Below the pieces are notes generated by a model that worked only from the letters and a program-made list of their open reading frames with translations, made no database searches and had not been told where the DNA came from. From NCBI GenBank assembly GCA_963718895.1, contig CAVRAG010000007.1:96001-160000 (forward strand): a stretch of DNA of 64,000 bases, written 5' to 3'. Source of the DNA: an uncultured Nitrososphaerota archaeon (lineage in GTDB: Archaea; Thermoproteota; Nitrososphaeria; Nitrososphaerales; Gagatemarchaeaceae). Of the stretch, positions 38,584 through 48,316 are shown piece by piece; position 1 is the first letter of the stretch; each line of letters begins with the position of its first letter. The translations under genes were made by a program, and so were the position numbers.

Positions 38584-39603
38584 ATGAAGGCGGCTCTGAT
38601 AGACTCACCAGACGGGCTTAGGATAGTCGAGATGCCCAAGCCGACACCCAAGGAGGGAGAGGTCCTGATCAGGATGAAGTGCTGCGGAATCTGCGGGACG
38701 GACGTCGAGAAGGTCCACGGGGAGGGCATCACGACCCGGATCATCGGCCACGAGGAGGTTGGAGAGGTCGCCGACGTCGGACCTGGCGTGAAGGGAATCT
38801 CGGCAGGCGAGAGGGTCTTCGCCCATCATCACGTGGGCTGCGGGGAGTGCAGCCTATGCCGTAGGGGGAAGAGCACGCTGTGCAGCGAATACGCGAAGCA
38901 CAACCTCGTGCCTTGCGGCCTAGCCGAGTACTTCATCGTGCCGAAGTACAACGTCGACCGGGGTGCGGTCCTCAAGATTCCCGACGGACTGGGGTACGAA
39001 GAGGCCAGCTTCATAGAACCCCTCGCCTGTTGCATCCTCGGGCTCGAGCAGGCTGGAGCGAAGGACGTAGCCTCGGCCATGGTCTACGGGGCCGGACCGG
39101 TGGGCCTGACCCACCTCAAGCTCCTGAGGTCCTACGGAGTGAAGAGGGTGGGGATATCAGACGTGAGCGAGTACAGGGTATCGCTCGCCAAGAGGATGGG
39201 AGCGGAGATCGCGTTCAACCCGACGGTTGAGGGCGAGCGCGAGCGCGCCCTCGGCGAGTTCAGCGAGGGGCCGGAGCTCGTCGTGCTCGCGACCGGGAGC
39301 AGCGCCGCCTTCGAGGACGGGATGAGGTCTGTCGCGAGGGGCGGGACGGTGCTCCTCTTCGGGGCCCCCCGGAAGGACGCCGTCGCGCGGCTCGAGATGG
39401 CGAGGTTCTTCCTGAACGGGACGCGGCTCGTCACAAGCTATGCCTCCTCGGAGCGGGAGACGTCGGCCGCTCTGGCCATTCTAGCCCAGCGAAGGATCGA
39501 GGTAGCCGACATGATCACCCACAGGTTCCCCCTCGAGAGGACGGCCGACGCCTTCGAGGTCGCGTCGCAGCAGCAGTGCATGAAGGCGCTGGTAACGAAC
39601 TGA
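38584..39603 (+). CDS. Zn-dependent dehydrogenase (sorbitol/threonine dehydrogenase-like)
   Basis: CGICGTD, GHE, CGECSLC...C, GAGPVG. Confidence 0.9.
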   Translation: MKAALIDSPDGLRIVEMPKPTPKEGEVLIRMKCCGICGTDVEKVHGEGITTRIIGHEEVGEVADVGPGVKGISAGERVFAHHHVGCGECSLCRRGKSTLCSEYAKHNLVPCGLAEYFIVPKYNVDRGAVLKIPDGLGYEEASFIEPLACCILGLEQAGAKDVASAMVYGAGPVGLTHLKLLRSYGVKRVGISDVSEYRVSLAKRMGAEIAFNPTVEGERERALGEFSEGPELVVLATGSSAAFEDGMRSVARGGTVLLFGAPRKDAVARLEMARFFLNGTRLVTSYASSERETSAALAILAQRRIEVADMITHRFPLERTADAFEVASQQQCMKALVTN

Positions 39604-39655
39604 CCCTCGAACAGACGGGCTGCGGTCAGGTGCCAGGAGGAGCGGGCTGGTCCAT

Positions 39656-40501
39656 TTGAAGATCCGTCTCCTCGACCTCGTCCTGGTCCTGCTGGTCTGC
39701 CTGATCTGGGCCGCGAACTACTTCGTCATAAAGGCGGTCCTTCCCTACGTCGACCCCATCACCTTCGCCCTCCTCCGTGCAGTTCTGGGAGGGGTGTTCG
39801 TGGTTGCGATAGGAGGGCACGTCATCAAGGGGTTGAGACGCGTCGACCTTCTCTGGCTGACGCTTCTGGGCCTCTTCAACATAGCTCTCTTCCTTATTTT
39901 CCTGAACCTCAGTCTCGTGACCGCCAACGCCGGGGTCGACTCGACGCTGATCTACACTCAGCCGGTGATCGTTGCGGTGCTCGCGCCGCTGGTGGGAGAG
40001 AAGTTCACCCGCGGGAGGGTTCTCGGCATAGCCGCGGCGTTCGGGGGCATCGTCGTGATATTCCTGCCCAGCATCGTCTCCTCCACCTTGGTCGTGGGCG
40101 ACCTGTACGCGCTCGTCGCGTCCCTCTCCTGGGCGATTGCCATCATCCTCTTCAAGCGGTGGAGGACCACGATGGACGCCAGGACGATAACAGCGGTCCA
40201 GTCTCTTGTCGGAGGAGTCTTCATCCTCCCTGTCGTCTTCGCCGGCCACCCCTTCATCAGCCCGGCGCCGATCTTCTGGGTGCTCCTCGGCTACAACGTC
40301 GTGCTCGTGAGCGGGCTGGCGTACGTGATCTTCTGGAAGGTGCTCTCCAGCATGCCGGCCGCGCAGTTCGCCTCCTATTTCTTCCTCGTCCCTGTCTTCG
40401 CCGTCACCATAGGGACCCTCCTCCAGTTGAGCGCGCCACCCCTGACCGAGGTCGCCGGGACGGCGCTGGTCGCCCTAGGGATCATAGCCGTGAACAGGTA
40501 A
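39656..40501 (+). CDS. EamA/DMT transporter
   Basis: About 10 TMs, IWAANY...R, two EamA repeats. Confidence 0.88.
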   Translation: MKIRLLDLVLVLLVCLIWAANYFVIKAVLPYVDPITFALLRAVLGGVFVVAIGGHVIKGLRRVDLLWLTLLGLFNIALFLIFLNLSLVTANAGVDSTLIYTQPVIVAVLAPLVGEKFTRGRVLGIAAAFGGIVVIFLPSIVSSTLVVGDLYALVASLSWAIAIILFKRWRTTMDARTITAVQSLVGGVFILPVVFAGHPFISPAPIFWVLLGYNVVLVSGLAYVIFWKVLSSMPAAQFASYFFLVPVFAVTIGTLLQLSAPPLTEVAGTALVALGIIAVNR

Positions 40502-40540
40502 CCGCTCAAGCTTATCTCCAAACTCGGGGAGTGCTGGGCC

Positions 40541-41560
40541 GTGGAGCAGTCTCGCAACCAGACCGAGGCGAGCGTGAGGAGCATCCTTCCGGCTCTCAAG
40601 ACGTTCCCCACGAACGATGTCGCAATAATAGGCTGCCATGCTCAGAACCTGAGCAGGAGCTCCTGCGAGTACGACCTTCTCGTCGTGACCCGGGACCCGA
40701 TCCCCGAGAAGATCATCAAGGTGGGCGACGTCTATGCTAGGATAATCTTCAGGAACGAAGGGCACGTGAGGCAGCCCGAACCCGAGCTGGCCGTCACCCT
40801 GGCCTCCGCGGTCCCCCTGAGGGATTCCTCCCTGCTGCTCGCCACTGCGAGCTCGGACTGCAAACGCAGTTTCAAGACGAATTGCAAGAAGGGGGCGGAG
40901 GCGCACCTCGCCTCGTCCCTCAAGTCGCTCGCCAGGGTCGACGAGCTGCTCTCCGAGAAGGAGACGCAGGAGGCCGACCTGTCCCTGCTCTCCGCGGCGC
41001 GCGATTTCGCCTACGCCGACCTCCTCATGAATGGGACGGTCCCCTCCCCGAGCCACGTGTTGGGCCAGATCAAGATGCTTCCCAAGAGGAGGCCGACGAG
41101 TTTCAAAGTCTGGGCGGACGCGTTCGGCCTCGAGCTGGCATCCAGGGTCTCCTGCGAGAACAGGCTGGAGGGCCTCGCAGTCATCTATGACGTCCTCCGG
41201 ACGAGCAGCGGAGAGGTGGACCCGGCCTCCCAGTTCGGGAGATACAGAGAGATCGAGGCGGTAGAGGTGATGGAGATGAAGGTCGGGGACCTGCTGGAAT
41301 CCATGCAATCCGCCGAGTGCTTCTCGTTCCTAGGGCAGGAGGTCATCCAGAGCCTCTTCGACCTGTACGTCCTCCATGTCACGAGGCTGTCGAGGGAGAA
41401 GGACTACTCCAGAGTGGTCCGCGACCTTACGGTCGGGGACGACCGGCTCATCTCCGAGGATGTCGTGAAGCTGCTCGGCCTGGTAAGGGGCTCGGAGATT
41501 ATCAGGGGCGCGACTCCTGGGCTCAAGTCGGCCGTGTCCGCACTCGCCAAGAGAATCTAA
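40541..41560 (+). CDS. Hypothetical protein with degenerate nucleotidyltransferase-like N-terminus
   Basis: AIIGC...CEYDLLVV resembles the polbeta hG[S]..DxD motif; helical C-terminus. Confidence 0.55.
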   Translation: MEQSRNQTEASVRSILPALKTFPTNDVAIIGCHAQNLSRSSCEYDLLVVTRDPIPEKIIKVGDVYARIIFRNEGHVRQPEPELAVTLASAVPLRDSSLLLATASSDCKRSFKTNCKKGAEAHLASSLKSLARVDELLSEKETQEADLSLLSAARDFAYADLLMNGTVPSPSHVLGQIKMLPKRRPTSFKVWADAFGLELASRVSCENRLEGLAVIYDVLRTSSGEVDPASQFGRYREIEAVEVMEMKVGDLLESMQSAECFSFLGQEVIQSLFDLYVLHVTRLSREKDYSRVVRDLTVGDDRLISEDVVKLLGLVRGSEIIRGATPGLKSAVSALAKRI

Positions 41561-41804
41561 GGCAGGAGAGGCGGCAAAACCTTCAGAACAGTTGAGCGCC
41601 TGTTCCCGAAATCGGAATGCGTTCTTCCAATCACAATATTGTTAGAGCCGTGGCAATATTTTGTTTGGATGGAAGACCGGAGAAACATTGTTGGTCGCGG
41701 CTCGCGGACCAAATCGTGCAATAGTTCTCACTTTAAGGAGAATATTCCTACATTATAACATCTATGCTTAAAGACAAGCCGTTCCACATATAGCACAGGA
41801 AAAG

Positions 41805-41987
41805 TTGAGTACAACCCACCCCGAATCCGGAGCGAGCAGCGTCGTTTCGTGCAACTTCTGTAGCAAGTTGCTGGGCAAGGAGTACTATTTTCGATGCCAC
41901 ATCTGCGGCGCAACCTACTGCTACATCCACATGACGAAGCACTCTCGGGCCCACAAGCCCCCTGTGCCATACCCCTTCAGCGGCTAG
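41805..41987 (+). CDS. Small Cys/His zinc-finger protein
   Basis: CNFC...CHIC...CYIH..KH..AH. Confidence 0.65.
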   Translation: MSTTHPESGASSVVSCNFCSKLLGKEYYFRCHICGATYCYIHMTKHSRAHKPPVPYPFSG

Positions 41988-41993
41988 ACTTCC

Positions 41994-42505
41994 CTACTTC
42001 CGCATCTCTTTGGCAGCCGCTCTGACGGATGTGATTATGTTCTGGTAGCCGGTGCACCGGCAGAGGTTTCCCGAGAGGCCGAGCTTGATCTCGTCGTCCG
42101 TCGGATTCGGGTTCTCCTTGAGCATCCAGTAGGCCTCCATTATCATCCCGGGGGTGCAGAAGCCGCACTGCAGGCCGTGGTTGTCCCAGAAGGCCTGCTG
42201 GAGGGGATGAAGGGCCCCGTCGCGGGCCAACCCCTCTATCGTCTCGACCCGCGCCCCGTCAGCCTGGACGGCGAGCAGCGGTGCAGGACTTTATCGACTT
42301 GCCGTTAAGGACCACGGTGCAGGCGCCACAGTTGGACGTCTCGCAACCCACGTGCGTGCCCGTGAGCCCGGCGACGTCGCGGATGAAGTGGACGAGCAGC
42401 AGCCGCGGCTCGACTTCCCTCCTGTAGTCCACGCCGTTGATGTTAACGGAGATGCTTCTCAGCCCTGACCTCGCCGTCCTTTGACCTGGCGGAGGCTCTC
42501 GCCAT
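41994..42505 (-). CDS. coxS: CoxS/CutS 2Fe-2S subunit (frameshifted)
   Basis: [29 protein letters not shown]. Confidence 0.9.
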
Positions 42506-43386
42506 CAGCGGGCACCCCCCTTGGCTCTGCCTACGGCCAGCTGGAGGCCGCGCCGGGTGTAGACCTTTGCCATCTCCTTCTTGTACTCCGCCGACCCCCT
42601 CAGCGGGTCTGAGGATGGCTGTGCATCTTCCGAAGCCGCCTCGGCCGCCTCTTCGATCACCTTCGGAGTCAGGGGCCTTCCCAGAAGCGCAGCCTCTGCC
42701 TTCGCCGCTCTGAGGTTCTTGTTCCCCAGGGCTGTCAGTCCGATCCCGGCGTAGGCGCACGCGCCGCTCCTGTCTATGGTCACCTGCACCCCGACCGCCG
42801 CGGTCGCAAAGTCTCCCGTCCTTCTCTCGAGCTTGACGTAGGCGCCGCCGCTTCTGGCTGGAGGGATCGGGATGCTTATCTGGGTCAACAGCTCTGTCGG
42901 GCTGAGCGCCGATGTGAAGGTATCGACGAGGAAGTCGTCTATCGTCATGGTCCGCTCCTTCGAGGGACCTTTTATTCTCAGGGACCCTCTTACGGCGAGG
43001 ATTGCCGCGCCCCAGTCTCCGCTCGGATCGCAGTGTGAGAGCGAGCCTCCCATCGTGCCCATGTTTCTGACCTGTGGGTCCCCGATGGTGCCTGCGCACT
43101 CAGAGAGGATGAAGGCCTTCTCCTTGATGAGCTTCGACCGCTCTATGTCGTGATGGCGCGCAAGCGGGCCCACGAGTATGTTCCCGCCTGACTCCTTGAT
43201 GTAATCCATCCCGGGGATCCTGTTGATGTCGACTATGTACGCCGGCGACCCGAGCCTCAGCTTCATGACGGGCAGAAGGCTCATCCCGCCTGCCAGGACC
43301 TTCGCGTCGGAACCGTACTTCTTGAGAAGCGCGGTCGCGTCAACTACCGACTCGGGGGCAAAATACTCGAACTTGCGCGGTACCAT
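42505..43386 (-). CDS. coxM: CoxM/CutM FAD subunit of xanthine/CO dehydrogenase family
   Basis: LAGGMSLLP, IGDPQVRNMGTMGGS..DP..D. Confidence 0.92.
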   Translation of the reverse strand: MVPRKFEYFAPESVVDATALLKKYGSDAKVLAGGMSLLPVMKLRLGSPAYIVDINRIPGMDYIKESGGNILVGPLARHHDIERSKLIKEKAFILSECAGTIGDPQVRNMGTMGGSLSHCDPSGDWGAAILAVRGSLRIKGPSKERTMTIDDFLVDTFTSALSPTELLTQISIPIPPARSGGAYVKLERRTGDFATAAVGVQVTIDRSGACAYAGIGLTALGNKNLRAAKAEAALLGRPLTPKVIEEAAEAASEDAQPSSDPLRGSAEYKKEMAKVYTRRGLQLAVGRAKGGAR

Positions 43387-43497
43387 GTCGCGTGGCCCGT
43401 CGGGAGTGATTTTTGTAGATAAAGCTTCTGCTGTCCAGCTTTGGTAAGTTGACGGGCCATGCGTGGCGGTTAAATGGGTCGCGGGCATTTCCTACCA

Positions 43498-44747
43498 TTG
43501 CGAGCGACAAAGTGCGTCGTCCAGTCATATGAAGCCGATGGCCTAAGCGGCCTTCTTGCCGAATGTCTCACCCTGACCTACAACGGCATCAACTATGCTC
43601 AGGAGCACAAGATTGACGACAGGAAGGGGATGAAGGGGTTCTACCGGACGCTCAACAGACTCGAAGCTGCCTTCGTGCTACAAGGTGGCCGTGATTGGAA
43701 GGGCCTGCGAGGTCGTCGCGAGCAGGAAGAAGAGCGAGAGGCGCGGCGTGAAGACGAGGCATCCGAAGCCTCTCAGGCCCGTGGCCTGTATAGTCTCGGG
43801 ATTCTTCATCACCATGAAAGGGAGATTGTTCGTTCCTCTGCGCCGAGACAGATATTTCGACGCCCAGCTCAACCGGCACGTGATTGAGACGCTTGCAGGC
43901 AAGAAGGTTAGGAGCCTCACGATAACACCCGATAGGCTGTCGTTCTGCTACTCGGAAGAGGTCGAAGCCGCACCAGTGAAGACGGTCTACGGCGTGGACA
44001 GGAACGAGAAGAACATCACGTTCGGAGACAAGGACGGTGTGATTCAGATGGACATGGCGAAGGCCGTTAAGATGAGGCAGACGACGAGGGAGATCGTCGG
44101 CTCGTTCAGGAGGAACGACGTGAGGGTGAGGCGGCAGCTCGCCCGCAAGTACTGGAAGAGGTGCAACGACAGGACCAACAACCTCCTTCACGCCACCACG
44201 AACTTCATCGTCGGGACCGCTGCAAGGAACGGGGCGGCCCTCGCCCTCGAAGACCTCACAGACATCGGGAAGATGTACCGGAGGGGTAACGGTCAGGGAA
44301 ATGATTACAGGTTCCGGTTGAACTCATGGCCTCACTCGAAGGCCAAGCAGATGCTCGAATACAAGGCCGCTTGGAACGGAATGACCACAATTGCGCTTAC
44401 CAAGTCTGACACCAGAGGATCCTCATCGGAGTGCTCGGCGTGTGGGGAGAAGCTTCACAACCCAGAGAAGGGCGATGTCGCGCACAAGCGGATGCTCTGG
44501 TGTGAGAACTGTAAGAGTTGGACGGACAGGGACGTGAACGCGGCCCTGAACCTGTCCACGAGGGGGCTTGCAAGGTTCGCGAGTTCCCTTCCCGAGCCGA
44601 AGGGTCGCTCGCAACAAGCTGATCTTGAAACGAGGGAGAAAGGGCTGGCAGGTGAAGCGGTGAAGGGGAACGGGACGCGGACCCTAATCCTCCGAGTCGA
44701 TGCCAGCAAGCTGGTCGGTGGGCATGGCCCGTCGACTTACCAGAACC
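43498..44747 (+). CDS. tnpB: TnpB RNA-guided endonuclease (frameshift near 43660; no stop before the element end, frame reads on to 45148)
   Basis: TTG start ~22 nt after TTAAAT box; RuvC-I YGVDRN, RuvC-II ALEDL, Zn finger CSAC...CENC, RuvC-III DRDVNAALN. Confidence 0.9.
44570..44747 (+). ncRNA. Putative TnpB omega/reRNA scaffold overlapping the tnpB 3' end
   Basis: Lies between RuvC-III and the right end; stem GCTGGCA (44644-44650) / TGCCAGC (44701-44707); boundaries inferred. Confidence 0.45.
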
Positions 44748-44761
44748 TGCTGACAGGCGCG

Positions 44762-45628
44762 CTAGGAGCTCGTCGGGGCGGGAGACTCGCTGGGCGCGAG
44801 CTCCTTGTGAGGGAAGTGCTTCCCGCGCCTCGTCGCGGTGACGTCGGCCATTATGCTGAGGGCTATCTCCTCGGGGGTGACGGCCCCTATGTCTGCCCCG
44901 ATGGGGGCGTGTATCGACTGGATCAGGGGCTCGGGGACCCCGCTCTTTCTCAGCGCCTCGAGGTCGTCTCTGATTCGCTGGGCGCTCGCCATGATGCCGA
45001 CGAACCTTACCCCCTTCCTGGTGAGAGTCTCAAGGGTCTTCACGTCCCTCTCCCCCTTGGTGAGCACCACCACCGAGTCGGAGGCGGAAAACGGGAAACC
45101 GTCCAAGTCGTAGTCCAGGTCGGTGATGAGGGTGTCGGGTTCCTGTGATAGTATCGGAAGATGGTCTATCACCACCGTCTCGTATCCGAGCATGCCTCCG
45201 AGGCGGACCAGCCCGTCCTCGATGTCGTCCTTGCCTCCCTGGCCCACAAGGACCAATCTGTCCGTGGGCAGATAGGGGTCCACGTATATCTCCATCATCC
45301 CTCCGCACTTGACCTCGACATAAATCTCATCCGGGTTCTTGTTCTTCAGGGTCCCGTCCAGGGCACCCCTGGCATCCTCGAGGTAGACCTTGACGACCTT
45401 CGCCTTGCCCGTGTGCAGCGCCTCCATGGCCATCGTCGCTATCGCGGACTCTGGACAGACGCCTCCCACGGTCCCCTGGATGATCCGGCCATCCTTCGAG
45501 ACCACGGCCTTGAAGCCTGGCTTCCCGATAGACGAACCATGGATTCTCACGACGGTCGCAAGGACGAACGGCTCCCTCCTTTCGGCGAGGTCGTTCATGA
45601 CCCGGGTGAGGTCCTTTACCTTAGGCAT
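44762..45628 (-). CDS. xdhC: XdhC/CoxF molybdoenzyme maturation factor
   Basis: LATVV..HGS, GTVGG.C.E, CGGMMEIYVDP, APIGADIGA.TPEEIALSI. Confidence 0.9.
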   Translation of the reverse strand: MPKVKDLTRVMNDLAERREPFVLATVVRIHGSSIGKPGFKAVVSKDGRIIQGTVGGVCPESAIATMAMEALHTGKAKVVKVYLEDARGALDGTLKNKNPDEIYVEVKCGGMMEIYVDPYLPTDRLVLVGQGGKDDIEDGLVRLGGMLGYETVVIDHLPILSQEPDTLITDLDYDLDGFPFSASDSVVVLTKGERDVKTLETLTRKGVRFVGIMASAQRIRDDLEALRKSGVPEPLIQSIHAPIGADIGAVTPEEIALSIMADVTATRRGKHFPHKELAPSESPAPTSS

Positions 45629-45772
45629 CTGTTACAAAAACGGCCTTCGGGATTATTTATCTGTGCCGACACCGGTCTTGAGAAAATCGACCGCACGGGG
45701 CCTTCGCCTCACGAGACAGAGGGGTTCGATTGGGTGAGGTGTGTCCCCGTCGGACTCCTCTCTCCCGCGGCA

Positions 45773-46500
45773 CTACAGCCCCAGGGTGTCCTTGGCGTTC
45801 GTGTAGAAGACCTTCTCCAGCTGTCTCTTAGACAGACCAGACGCACACACGCGCGCTATCTCCACGGCCGGGTCGTGAAAAGGAATGTCTGACCCGTACA
45901 ATACCCTCTCCTCACCCACCTGCTCGACCGCCTCCTTGATCTTCGTGTGCATGGGCATCCCGCTGGTCTCGAGGTAGACGTTGTCTAAGCGTTTGGCTAC
46001 GGACAACGCAGCCTGGATGTAGACGCCGTGCCCGTGCCCCATGTGGAGCATGACGATGGTCACGTCCCTAAAGTTCTCGGCGAGCTCGCCTATGCTCCAG
46101 GGGAGCGAGAAGGGCGCATGGCCCGAATGGATCAGGACCGGGACCCTTGCCTTCCTGGCCTCGTCCATTATCGGGTACACTATCTCGTCGTTTGGCAGGA
46201 AGGCGTGGAACAGGGGGTGGAGCTTAATCCCCCTGAACTTCCAAACTGTGAGCGCCGTGTGGACGAGCGCCGTTGCCCCTTCCTGACGCGGGTCCGGCCA
46301 CACGTATCCCGATATCTTGCGGGGGTGTTCCGCGGCGGCCCTTCGGACCAGCTCGTTGTCCAAATAGAAGAGACACGACCTCTCCACGTTGTGGAGACGC
46401 ATCGAGACGAGGAGCTCGCCGGTGTCGCAAGCGACGTTTGCCCAGGACCCGAAATCGCCGATGTGGGCGTGCGCGTCGATCTTCTTCCCTTCATACGATG
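45773..46500 (-). CDS. Amidohydrolase_2 family metallohydrolase (frameshifted; start uncertain)
   Basis: IDAHAH, GIKLHP, LIHSG, LHMG, LYGSDIPF. Confidence 0.85.
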
Positions 46501-46554
46501 TCGCAGGCTTCAGGTTCGGTCTCGCCCTCGTCGTCTCTGTTCACCGGTTCTCCA

Positions 46555-48144
46555 CTACTCGGGCGGGAGTTCGCCGGTTATTAGGCTAAGGTCGAAGCCC
46601 CTTCTCTTGTTGTAGTAGTAGGAGACGGCATAAATCACGATCGGGACGACGACGATTGCAAGGATGAGGAGGCGTGCGGTCTCCGCGCTCGGTCCTATGG
46701 CGGGGTTGGTGAACGCGTTGTAGCTGAAGTACCCTATCACCGCCACGGAGACGAGGCCTATCCATGAGAGGACCGGAAAGCCGAGGATCTTGGAGTTCGC
46801 CTCAGACATCTGAAACACCGCTTTCCTGCGGAACGGCAGAACGACCGCCGCGACCGCTGAGACGAGCCAGGCTATCGTGAAGAGAAAGACCCCGTTGAGC
46901 TGGGTACTGATGAACGAGGTGAAGAAGATGAGGTACATCGGGATGGTGGAGAGGGCCACGGTGAGCATTATCGAGAACGTGGGTGTGTGGAACCTGTCGC
47001 TCACGTGGGCCAAACCCGTAGGCACGATGCGGTCGAAGGCCCAGGCCATCGGTATCCGGCTTGCGAAGACGAGCGCCAGCCACCACCAGCCGATGTTACC
47101 GACGAAGAGGCCTATCGTGATGACCCAGAGCAGGATCGTGTTAGGGTAGAAGACCATCGCGAGCGCTGAAGGGACGGTCGAGGACCCTCCACCGACGCTC
47201 AGGGTCCAGGCTTCCAGGAAGGAGATGCCGATGGAGTGGTCGAATAGATAGGTCATGAGAAGGAAGATGGCAATAGAGGCGAACTCGGCGCCCACGGCGC
47301 CGAGCAGGAGGGAACGCTTGGGGTTGTTTATCTCGCCTCCGACCATCTGCATGGTGGGGTAGGGGCCGAGGCTGACGAAGATGACCGGGATTATCAAGCC
47401 GAGGGACGCGAGACTGTAGCCCGGGCTGTATCCTGCCGTGCCGAGCGCGCTCGCGTAGACCCCCGAAACCCCTCCGGGAAAGTACTTCACATAGTCTGTG
47501 GCAAAGGTGGCCTGATTGTTCAGAGCGAACATCGCCATCACCACGACGAGGACGATGGCGCCGTAGGCAAAGAACCCGTAGATGATTGTCCTGAAGATCC
47601 TCCCGCCCAGAATCACGCCGACGGCTCCGACAACGAGGAGGAGGGCGCTCACTGCGAAGAGGGTGATCGGGCTCGACGTGGTGAACGGACTCAGGAATGT
47701 CCCCAGATTAGTGATGCCGGGATTGTTGAGGACCTGCCCCGCGAAGGCGAGCTGGAGTCCTGCCTCCGAAAACCCCCAGAAGGCCCCCGTCGATCCCGGG
47801 TCTGCCAGCAGCGCAACGTAGAAGACGAAGCTCGCCACGAACCCGACCGACCCGGCTATCGCCCTGGAGACGAAGACGTAGTCGCCGCCGGACCGGGGCA
47901 TCGCCGTCGTCAGCTGCCAGTAAAGGACAACCACGACGAGGGCCGTGAAGGCCCAGACCCCGAGCGAAAGGTAGTAGTTCACGTTCTGGTAGTAATCGGG
48001 AGTGACCCAGAAGAGCCCTGACCAGCTGGTCAGCCACGGAAAGAAGATTACGCTCCAGACGAAGACGTCGATCCAAGAAAGCTGTTTGACGAGACCCGTC
48101 GCTTCGCGCACGAACCCCGACTGACCAGCGGCCCCCTGTGGCAA
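46555..48144 (-). CDS. APC-family amino acid permease
   Basis: FVREATGLVK, MPRSGGDYVF, SRIPMAWAFDR; about 12 TMs. Confidence 0.9.
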   Translation of the reverse strand: MPQGAAGQSGFVREATGLVKQLSWIDVFVWSVIFFPWLTSWSGLFWVTPDYYQNVNYYLSLGVWAFTALVVVVLYWQLTTAMPRSGGDYVFVSRAIAGSVGFVASFVFYVALLADPGSTGAFWGFSEAGLQLAFAGQVLNNPGITNLGTFLSPFTTSSPITLFAVSALLLVVGAVGVILGGRIFRTIIYGFFAYGAIVLVVVMAMFALNNQATFATDYVKYFPGGVSGVYASALGTAGYSPGYSLASLGLIIPVIFVSLGPYPTMQMVGGEINNPKRSLLLGAVGAEFASIAIFLLMTYLFDHSIGISFLEAWTLSVGGGSSTVPSALAMVFYPNTILLWVITIGLFVGNIGWWWLALVFASRIPMAWAFDRIVPTGLAHVSDRFHTPTFSIMLTVALSTIPMYLIFFTSFISTQLNGVFLFTIAWLVSAVAAVVLPFRRKAVFQMSEANSKILGFPVLSWIGLVSVAVIGYFSYNAFTNPAIGPSAETARLLILAIVVVPIVIYAVSYYYNKRRGFDLSLITGELPPE

Positions 48145-48316
48145 AGTTCGGAGGTCGCCCTGCGGTGTAGCTTAAAAGCTAGCAGCCGATTCGTCGCCCC
48201 GCCAAGGAATCGGGGGACGCGCCCAAGGGGGGACAGCGTCTAACGAGCCCGGACGCTGCACAGACGGGCCCACGGGCGTCTAACGACTAAATAGAGCACC
48301 CGGCACGGAGCTTCGA

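Larger units (their letters stand above)
43437..44747 (+). mobile_element. TnpB-only element bounded by IS6-like terminal inverted repeats
   Basis: Left AGCTTTGGTAAGTTGACGGGCCATGC (43437-43462) vs right GCATGGCCCGTCGACTTACCAGAACC (44722-44747), 22/26 inverted match; flanks TGCTGTCC / TGCTGACA (6/8). Confidence 0.75.

Noticed and set aside
23117-41594. Shared 14-mer CTTCAGAACAGTTG at about 23117 and 41581
   Set aside because: One copy is inside a coding region, there is no extended similarity, and a chance match is plausible in 64 kb
43498-44747. Nuclease-dead TldR or Cas12f call
   Set aside because: RuvC D, E and D residues are all present and there is no adjacent CRISPR array
44748-45148. 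C-terminal fusion domain on TnpB
   Set aside because: Read-through past the element end into the antisense of xdhC; no domain signal
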